From: Azolla caroliniana
Lineage: Eukaryota; Plantae; Polypodiophyta
Reading direction: 5' to 3'
NCBI GenBank assembly: GCA_043228905.1
Contig: JBHGNT010000691.1
Span: 1 to 17,517, forward strand
Length of the DNA: 17,517 bases
The notes beneath the pieces were generated by a model. The model searched no databases. It was not told where the DNA came from and saw only the letters and a list, made by a program, of their open reading frames with translations. Shown one piece after another: positions 8,526 to 17,517 of this stretch. How positions within the stretch are numbered: the first letter of the stretch is position 1; every line of letters starts with the position of its first letter. Position numbers and translations under genes: made by a program.

Positions 8526-10022
8526 TGTTGCTTCATAGAATATTTTGATTGGTTGCACATACTATGACATAAAAATCTCCTTCATACAATGTCATCATTC
8601 ATGTATATCATGTGCCTACATGTAGCAATTCATGTTAAGACTCTTTGGAGGATGAATTCAAACACCAACATGGGAAAGTAGCATAATGCAATATAAATCA
8701 CACAAACAATGTTTTGCATATTTGAACCCAAAGGCAATGGACCTATTCATTTCATTTCAAGATTAATGTCTCATACAAAAACCCTTCAGCATGCTTACCT
8801 CATGTATCCTTCATGGATTAAGGATATGGGCACTTTCTTTTTCCCCGAAAAAATAACTCCTTCCATTATTTATTTCCCAAGTAGTGGCAAGTTCCTCCGC
8901 CCAATATGAATCCACAAGCCATATCATTACAGCTCCATGGTGCATATGATTCTTGATTGAAGGCTCACAGACAGTAATTTCTCAAGGCATTCCTCCTACT
9001 TGCAAAACAGTAATTTCTTATATTTCCTACTTACAAAATGCTTGCAGCTAAAACATACAATTGAGCATGAATTACTCAGTACAACAAAACATGGTCAACT
9101 AATACAATTAACATACCAATAACTGGCAAATATATAGCAAAAGACCATTGATCCATTATAGGCACTGTAATTAAAGACATAAGACAAGAACAGAAGTTCA
9201 ATATCTGTCGACACCACCACAGCAGAGAAAATGAAGGGTGGCATGATGTGGCCTGTGCAACAGGAACAACTCAACTAAAAGTCAAGTTTAGCAAGCAGTA
9301 GATTCAGACAATTTCCAATAATTGCATCGACTAATATGTAGGTAATGTCATTTACCAAACATTGTAGTTAACTACATCTGCATTGTTAAGATCATCACAA
9401 TCACAGAAGACAAAATAATACTAAGCAATAACATGTGCTATTAGGAATTATACACTCCTAAAACTAACATTAGTGATTGTAACCTATTTTCCCTAATTAT
9501 GATTCTCATTTTGTCACTACACACTTGCAAACCTAGACACGTGTAGGCCATGTATATGAAGTAAACATGTAGGCCATGTATATGAATGAAGTAATTTCTG
9601 TTCAATATGAAGAAGTCATCCCAGAAAATGGAAGGCAGGAGTATCATTATATATCTTTCAACCGATAGGTAGGTAATTACACAAAATCATGAATTAAAAA
9701 CAGTAGGTAAAGCAACTGAGATACGCCCAGATTACCACTATTACATGATAGGATCGGATTAAAAAGTACATAAACATTACCAAGCTTGCAGAACTCCTCA
9801 GAACAGAAGAGAGGGGAATGAAATATCGACAACTTGAAATCACTTTTTTAAACAATACACTGAAGAAACAATTACCAATATATTAAAAACAAAACTTTGA
9901 CCAATTTCCTTGAAAATATAGTTATGGAAAACGCATTCGCGCAGTTTCACACAGATACTTGCACCACATTTTCTCTACTCCCAGAATGAGACTCATAACA
10001 AAAAACAGTTCAAAGACCTAGA

Positions 10023-11511
10023 CTATGTGTTGGTTGCACGAGTGTAGATTTGCTGATTCGCATGAGCAGCTACCAACCGAATAGTTCCCTTGGACATCAA
10101 GTCCCTGATTGCCTTCCTTGCCAACGATCCATTGATCTTCAAACAACATCCATTGAAAAACAAAAACTCTTTAATCAAGACATCATCAATTGTATATCAA
10201 ACAATATCCAAGAAAGGATTGACATCAGGCAATGACAATATGCTGAATTTTCCTCACCCTCAAGCGATCAGACAGAATTGACGGTGTGATTAGCTTGTAC
10301 TTGGGAACTTCAGACAGAAGCTTGTCATAGGTAGCTTGGTCAAATAAAACCATGTTGTTCACCTTCTCCTTTTGCTTTCCCTTGCTCCATTTCTACAGTA
10401 CAGTTGAGGAATATTTTGATTAATAATAGATAATGCAAAGAGACATCATAAATTTATAATTTATTGGTGATATGAGATTGTACTATGACTTATTTGATTC
10501 AAAGGAATGGCATATCTTAGGACCATTGTGAATGAAAATTTCAATAATCATAAGTTCAGAATATGGCACAACTCGTTTGGTCTTACATAAGAAAAAAAAA
10601 ATTACAAGAACATGCCAGGCTAGTTTCAAATAAATGTTTCGCAATCGGACATTCTTCTATTTCTACTTCTTCATTTCTGGAGTAGCCAATGTAGGACAGG
10701 AAAAAAAACACCCATCGAACTTACCATTTCACGAACAAGTATATGCCTAACTGGTTAATACAAAAAGACGAACGTGAAACATTTTTTCCCCTTCATTGCT
10801 TCATAAATGGATAAGGAAAATATATTTTGGTTCTACTTTTAGATGACATAAACAAAATAAAACGAACAAAATGTGATCATTAGTTGAGCTACAAGAGCTT
10901 GTCAGACAGTTTTGAATGTAGACGAAAGGAAATTTTCTATTTATTTTTGCTCTTAATTGCTTAAATGTATTAATAAGAAAGGAAATATTGGACAATCCGA
11001 GCATAATAAGCCAGAAATTCCAACACACAATCATTCATTTCAGTAGCAATTCGGGAACAGCAACATTTGAAAGGATAATGTAGCAGCTTTAAGAGCAACT
11101 AAACAGGAAATTCCTTTCGTCCAACTAAATCTCAAGTGAAGTCAGATGTTGCACAAGAGACGATACCAATACATGAAAATATTGCAAGTTGTGTTTATAG
11201 TGGCTCGGTGGAACCCTAGTTCTAGACAAAGGAAACTCTGAACTGCGCGACGAACTAAACGAACAAGCTCTTAACGCAAGCATAGTGTACGAATCTTAAG
11301 AAAACACAGAAGATTTAAACCAAACGTGAGGCTACAGAAGAAAAGGGAGAAGAGAAGAGTCCCGACCTTCTTCTTCTGCTTTCCTCCACCACCGCTTTTA
11401 GCAGGCTTGGAAGGCGCTGCGGCCTTCTGATCTTTCTTGGGAGCCTGCGGAGAAGAGAGCATGGAAACAAAGTGTCAGCGGAGATGATAAAACAAAACAC
11501 CATGAACAAGC

Positions 11512-11563
<52 letters not shown>

Positions 11564-11565
11564 AT
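10023..11565 (-). CDS. RPS25: 40S ribosomal protein S25 (eS25), 109 aa; complement(join(10023..10136,10258..10392,11367..11444,11563..11565))
   Basis: Spliced translation: M|[26 protein letters not shown]|[45 protein letters not shown]|[37 protein letters not shown]. All introns are GT-AG, phase 0 (118, 974 and 121 nt). The start-codon exon is the least certain part. Confidence 0.95.
11515..11560. repeat. (AG)23 microsatellite in RPS25 intron 1
   Basis: Perfect dinucleotide run directly adjoining the GT donor on the minus strand. Confidence 0.95.
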
Positions 11566-11656
11566 GGAAGCTGTGGAGACGTCTCAGACAAGAGGCAGCA
11601 AGCAGCTCCTTTCCTGCGTCGAAGAAAAGAAAAGGGAACGAGACGAAGGATTCAGG

Positions 11657-11665
11657 AAACCCTAA
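11657..11665 (+). promoter_or_regulatory. Telo-box AAACCCTAA in the RPS25 core promoter
   Basis: Exact motif ~95 nt upstream of the ATG, between the TATA and a pyrimidine-rich leader; known from plant translation-machinery promoters. Confidence 0.8.
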
Positions 11666-11672
11666 ATTTCCC

Positions 11673-11674
11673 TT

Positions 11675-11708
<34 letters not shown>
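11673..11708 (-). promoter_or_regulatory. RPS25 TATA box embedded in a (TA)7(TG)10 compound microsatellite
   Basis: Minus strand reads (CA)10 TATATATATATATAAAGGG, about 110 nt upstream of the ATG. Confidence 0.65.
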
Positions 11709-12333
11709 ATCTTTTTTCCTATGATGGGTGTGTGAGATTCAATGAAGAAGAAGGGCTCCTACTATGTATCTATTTCTTTCATAATGTAATCGCATTCGCA
11801 TTCGAGAATGTTTTCAATCATTCGAATATGGTAAACACCCTCGACGTATGGTCAATAGCATACTTTTGTATATTGATTATTTGTTATAATGTAAATTTGT
11901 TTTTAAGTGAAAAAGTGAAGAAAAAAAAAAACATAAGAATGTTTTGGTAACCTACGCATTCGTTATCATTCGTATGAACCACGAATGATTGCCTGTGCAT
12001 TCGTGTATATTACGTACTACGATGTATCTCACAAATATGGCCTCCTTGTATTCCTAAATTCTCAAATATCTATCAATGCTTCAATACATATATGTTTTTT
12101 TGGATCATATTTAATTTCTCTACCCACAAATGTATATATACATATAGCCTTCCTTCTTCTTCGATTTGGCCTGAGCTCCACACAGTTTGATGAAACGGGT
12201 CATGTGTGGATTTTAAAGACTATATGGATTGAATGCAACATCTATGTGCTCGTTTCTAGTAGTACTCTGTGGTTGAATTTTAGGATACCGAGTTGCTTGA
12301 GCGATGCTTGCATTCTCCGCGTGCTTATTTACT

Positions 12334-12538
12334 GATCGACATCTGTGTGCATACCAGATGGAGCGTTCTTAGAATGTCCTACCTTTAAATGTTTAGATGG
12401 ATATATGTGTCACTTATATCAATTTGCCATTTTTCCGATCGACATCTGTGGCATACCAGATGGAGCATTCTTAGAATGTCCTACCTTTAAATGTTTAGAT
12501 GGATACATGTGTCACTTATATCAATTTGCCATTTTTCC
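12334..12538. repeat. Tandem duplication, 103 bp + 102 bp
   Basis: 12334-12436 and 12437-12538 differ by one 1-nt indel and two transitions. Confidence 0.95.
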
Positions 12539-13664
12539 TATTGCATCGGAGGTAGCTTTGTGCGGCTACTAACTTTTGTTCATGAATATTAGGATTGTGA
12601 GAATATGTACATGATCCTTTTCTATATCATCATGTTTCATAATGAATGCCAACCCATATAACAAAGAGCTAATAAGAAAGTATGATTGTCCTAAGCTACT
12701 ACAACTTTCTTTGGCACGTAACAAAGTGGCCAATTGATTTGTTTAAATACCTAGCATAATAGATCAATGTAAGGATGACAACCATTGTGCGCGTTATGAT
12801 ATCGAGCCTAAACACAAATAGTTCAATGTGACATCGTGTATAAAAGAGGAACGTGTGACAATGAAAACAAATTAACAATCAGTCATCTATTGATACACAA
12901 ATGGTAGTCCTTTTTCTCTCCAAAAGTAGAATAGTAAAGTCATAACAAGCAAGAAACCTTGTGTAAGGCTTCTTCTTACAGTCTCGCTCTCAAATCATGT
13001 TCATGGCTAAAACCAAACACACCAACGTTCATACAAAACAAATGCTTGAGTAGCAATGTAAAGGCTTCCATGCCCATTGTTCTTTCAATGAGATCGTACA
13101 TACTTGGCTGCAATTTCGTTGCTTGCATGTTGAGGAATATTTGTCCCCTCTCAAGATTTCAAGCATTAGAGGTATGTTGCTTGTAACCAATACAACTCAT
13201 GGCACATCAACATGTTATTTCACAATAAATGACGTTGTGGCACATTGATGCGCACTTGTATATATATCCTCCAATGTTTACCATTGTTGTTATGGCCATA
13301 AACTCACGAACTGATTCGCTAGTTGATTTTGATGGGCAATGGTAGGATGGACTGACACTATCATGGGATTTGAGACAAACCCATGTGAGCCTATAACATG
13401 GGAACATGTGGTGGCGGTGGTGGCTAGGAGAGTCATCGATATCAAGCTTTTAAAAGATGATCGACAACCCCTTCACCGTGGGGCATCTTGAGGTGTTATT
13501 GTTGAGGCAAAGCTCTTGTGTTCGGTCTGTTTTTTCAGCAACCAAGGTACAATGGGTGGTATGTGGACACCGATAGGCATTTTGTTGGTTCTCATGGCTT
13601 GCACTCAGCGTGGTAGCTAGTTAATCGCCCTTAATCTATCCATCCATCCATTCTTTGTTCTTCT

Positions 13665-13802
13665 TGTTCTTCTTCTTAATCTCTGATTCGTTTGTTTTTT
13701 GTTTCTTCTTCTTAATATTCGATCCGTTCGTTTTTTCTTTCTTTCTTCTTAATTTATGGTTCCTTTTTTTTTTCTTTCATCTCCTTAATCTTCAGATTCC
13801 TT
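13665..13802. repeat. Degenerate ~36-38 bp pyrimidine-rich tandem repeat (4 copies)
   Basis: Recurring TTCTTCTTAAT-N4-GATTC-like core: ..cttaatctctgattc, ..cttaatattcgatcc, ..cttaatttatggttcc, ..cttaatcttcagattcc. Confidence 0.6.
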
Positions 13803-14059
13803 CTATTTTTTTTGCTCGGCATTAGTTTGAGACCAATGTTTGTCGATGAAATATTCAAGTGTGTGAACACAAATGTTATGTCCCAAGTGAAAGTAAAGAA
13901 AGTGGCCATCCCTCTCAAATCTCACCGTAGCGTCAAGAAGAAGCTTCACAAAACGTCCATACACTAACTAAAACCCAAAAGAATATATGTAACGTGAATA
14001 GACTTTAGGCAGACAGACTAGGCCTAGTTTTATAGTTTGCCCTAATTATACAAGCTTCA

Positions 14060-14068
14060 AAACCCTAA
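14060..14068 (+). promoter_or_regulatory. Telo-box AAACCCTAA in the RPL9 core promoter
   Basis: Exact motif ~110 nt upstream of the ATG, followed by a pyrimidine-rich leader. Confidence 0.8.
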
Positions 14069-14177
14069 TTCTCCTGCCCCCGTTTCCATCGCCGTCTTCT
14101 TCATCGACGTCGTCCTTTTCCGTCTTCTCCTCCGTCTTCTGCAGATCTCCTCCTGCTTCTGCCACCAATCTGCAGAG

Positions 14178-15920
14178 ATGAAGACCATCCTCGCTTCGCA
14201 GACCATGGACATCCCTTCGGGTGTCAAGGTCGAGATCAAAGCCAAACAGATCCGCGTCACCGGTCCCCGTGGACAGCTAACTCGCAATTTCAAGCACCTC
14301 AACTTAGACCTCCAGATGATCGAAGGAGGTACTAAGCTTAAGGTTGAAGCTTGGTTTGGCTCTCGCAAAACAATGGCCGCCATTCGAACCGCGCTTAGCC
14401 ATGTCCAGAACCTCATCACTGGCGTCACCAAAGGTTATCAATACAAGATGAGATTTGTGTATGCTCATTTTCCTATCAATGCGAGCATCTCGTCCTCCAA
14501 AGATAACATCGAAATCAGGAATTTCCTCGGTGAAAAACGGGTGTGTTGAACGTTTCCCCCCTTTTTCCCTCTCATATAAATTTGGTTTTATCATGATCTT
14601 GTTTCGTTATCTATAAATATTCGATACTTACATACGCACCACTCTTATCTGAGAACCGTGTTTTTGTTAAATAAAGGAGTTTTCATTGATATCCCTGGAA
14701 AAGTAGGAAATTTTTGGAAGAAATCATAAAATTTCTTGAAAATGTTGTACTTTGGTTTTGCTATCTAATTTTTTTTGATACGTACAATCTCGTATGATTG
14801 AACTTTCATTTTAAAAGCAAGCATGAAAACGTTTATCATACAGCAGTTTAGCTTTAGCATCCTGAAGTGATTTGTTTTGGATACTAAAGAAATAACAAAG
14901 TATAGAGCTAATTTACTTCGTAAGAAACAAGTGATCCTGTAATTCTAGATATGCTTATCATCGAAGGATGTATATTTTACTTCTAGGTCATGGATTGCAC
15001 TACCAAGAAGTGAGTGAAAATTTCATACCTGTGTTATTTTCCTGCGACCAAATTGGAGTTTTTTTCCACCTTAATTCAGTCTTATTTAAATTGATTATAT
15101 ATTTTATGATTCAAAAGTGTTCGAGAATCATTAAGAATTTTTTATGCTATACACTTTACATGCAAAAGTTAAACGAGGAATTATTCTTCCGTTCATTGAA
15201 TGTGAGAATCCCTTCAATGGATTCTTAAATCATGATACATCGAAAAGTTTTCTGAGCATTGATTCACTGTGTTTATTATGAGCAAAACTAGATTTTGTTG
15301 AGCTTTCAAATTATGAATTTGTTTTTGAAGATTTTTGGCATTCACAATGCTAATGTTTCTATATGTGAAGAGGTATGAATAGCTGTAGTATGATGTCTCT
15401 CTACACGTCTAAAATTTGTAAATGTGTTTGAGCCTTATCCTCGTGGAAGATGCTGCACGTATTACATTTTAAACTGGTTATGACATATATTGTTTTTTTC
15501 TCAGCTTATTCATTTCCCAGTAATTTCATTTCTATTTTTCGATATATCTTAACTTCCACTTTTTGACATGTAGGTCCGCAAGGTAGACATGTTGGGAGGT
15601 GTTACTGTAACTCGATCAGATAAGGTCAAGGATGAACTAGTATTGGAAGGAAATGATATTGAACTTGTTTCACGTTCATGTGCTCTCATCAATCAGGTAT
15701 TTATATCTTCAGTTACTATATAGGAGTTGATGTTTTAAATGATGTAATTTATCCTACGAAGAAATCTTCTGATTTTTCCCCCTACTCTCTACAAAATGTT
15801 AATCTTTCTAATCATTACTCTTTTGGTTTGTAGAAATGCCACGTGAAGAAGAAGGATATCAGAAAGTTTCTTGATGGTATTTATGTTAGTGAGAAGGGTA
15901 CAATGGCTGTTGAAGAGTAG
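14178..15920 (+). CDS. RPL9: 60S ribosomal protein L9 (uL6), 190 aa; join(14178..14540,15574..15696,15834..15920)
   Basis: [13 protein letters not shown]...[12 protein letters not shown]...RNFLGEKR|[41 protein letters not shown]|[32 protein letters not shown] phase-0 introns of 1033 and 137 nt. Confidence 0.97.
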
Positions 15921-17517
15921 ATTTCTCCCATTGTTCACATTGAGTATAGAATTAACATTTTGGTTTTCTTTTTTGTGGAAGAGCTGTTTCAAAATTTATA
16001 GAATTTAGTAGGTTTCTCCTTGTTTCCTTCTGGTATTTCGGTATTGTCTTTTGTTTTATTTGTTGTATATTCAAATGTTTTGAGGTTTTTTAATGTGCTC
16101 CATGTAGGATGGCCTAGATCGAATATCCATTTTACACTACCTTTTGGCTTTTCTAGTTGAGAGTGGCTAATTCTATTGTCTACATAAAGTAATGATGAAC
16201 TATTGGCACCTGGATGGGTTTGCAGTGCTGGAGTAGAGCTAGTCTAATTTGTTTTGATGATTGAATCTTAGTTCGTAGATATTTTTCATGTATTGTTTTG
16301 AGTTATGTCCATAGGATGCATCTGCCACACCTTAAGTTGTAGAATTTGATTTAGTTTATGTTCCCTAGAAATGTAATTTATTTGAAAAGAACATAGCGTT
16401 TAGTATATGTCGTCCAGTACAAAGGAATTAGTTGTATGAGCTTTTCCATATCACTGTTTATGTTTTCCATTTTGCGGTTGTAAATAGCTGTCTCATTTCT
16501 ACCATAACATCTGTTTGGTATTGAGCTCATTTCAAGTGATGATCCTCACTGTTATTTTTGTTAATAGCAAAGACGTGTTCATACAGAAGCTTCTTCCCTC
16601 TCAACGTTTGTTAATGTTTAAATGTTCATGGCATAAGAAAATCTTCTCATTGTTGCTCTTGTAAATTGATGATGTGATGATGTATGGTTACTGTATTATC
16701 CAAGCAACAAAATGCATATTCTTCATTATGATGTTGAGGCTCATAAAAGGCCAAATTGCCATTATGATTATAAAGAGTATATACCTTGCTTCTATTGTTA
16801 TTGTAATTCAACCTTCAAGAGATGACAAACGGATTATGAAAAAAGAGTGGTTTTATGGTCCTTATGTGCAAGATATTAATGATGTGTTGTCAAAGGGTGT
16901 GGACAAGATTGTGAATGACATTGACAAATGAATCTTTGTAGTATGTAGTTGAAAATGGAGATTGCACAATGGCCATGAAGGTGATATAATTGATGATCAT
17001 ACAAAAAAGAAACTATATTTTTTAGTAACTTCTTGAGGTTATATAAACAGGGGAAACATAATATGAAACCATAAATCAGATGCCATTAGTAATGTTGGAC
17101 AAGGATACCAACCATTTGATTGCCTGTTTTTTTCATGGTCGGTCTAGGAAAATTGTTGGGGTTTGTACTCAGTGTCCATCTGTTGCATGTGGTCATCTAT
17201 TAAAAAATGTCATTTAAATGCACATTCCACAATTACAGTACCTTTAAGGAAGCAAAAGGAAATGAAATAGTTAGAGATGTAATTACTATGGCCTTGGGCG
17301 ATAATTGATACCTATGCAAGGGTTTCCAAAATTATTGTGTTGAGTTCATAGCTACTCCCTTGGTAATTCGTAACATATGAGTTTGGGTTATTCCTTTTAT
17401 GTAATAAAGCATAATCTTTCTCTTAGATTTGCAGCTTGCAAATTTATAGAAACGAGATCTACTTGGCCAAAAGAGACTTCGTAAAACTGTTTCACTTTGG
17501 TCCCATAAGTCATGTTT

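Noticed and set aside
9542-9594. 26-bp tandem duplication (TGTAGGCCATGTATATGAA), and a similar short duplication near 8970-9040
   Set aside because: Ordinary slippage-type duplications with no further structure.
11271-11735. ORFs 11271-11462, 11315-11509 and 11472-11735
   Set aside because: Read-through of RPS25 exon 2 into introns, or translation of microsatellites.
14130-14177. Possible 5' UTR intron acceptors (two CTGCAG sites) before the RPL9 ATG
   Set aside because: No credible donor downstream of the telo-box region; needs transcript data.
14541-15573. Intronic snoRNAs in the ~1-kb RP introns (also 10393-11366)
   Set aside because: No convincing RTGATGA...CTGA pair on the sense strand; H/ACA RNAs cannot be excluded by eye.
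16190-16560. Box C motifs (ATGATGA near 16192, GTGATGA near 16537) downstream of RPL9
   Set aside because: No box D (CTGA) with a terminal stem at a suitable distance.
16674-16931. 85-aa ORF downstream of RPL9
   Set aside because: No recognisable motif or splice structure; may be a decayed fragment but cannot be supported.

Overview
Eukaryotic, land-plant genomic DNA; probably a non-seed plant such as a fern or lycophyte, inferred from the Tcn1-like chromovirus. The left half (1 to ~8525) is a stack of nested retroelements. (i) A young, non-autonomous Ty3/gypsy non-chromovirus-type LTR element (1-2747): PBS, truncated gag-like ORF, a 'condensed' RT relic lacking the catalytic palm, PPT, and LTRs identical over the 83 bp visible. 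(ii) It sits inside the RNase H of a decayed Ty1/copia element whose 3' LTR is truncated (2748 to ~3710). (iii) An unresolved AT-rich relic follows. (iv) Next is the 3' part of a chromodomain-bearing Ty3/gypsy element (4593-7352) whose LTR starts with an antisense tRNA-like A-box/B-box cassette. (v) Last is the 3' end of an L1-type LINE. The right half holds two intact, intron-containing cytosolic ribosomal protein genes arranged head-to-head: RPS25/eS25 (minus strand, 4 coding exons, 109 aa) and RPL9/uL6 (plus strand, 3 coding exons, 190 aa), each with a telo-box. The most interesting signals are the palm-less RT ORF, the tRNA-like Pol III cassette in the chromovirus LTR, and a 120-bp triple-nested dyad motif in the first element's LTR. 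All family assignments come from motif recognition by eye; no searches were run.
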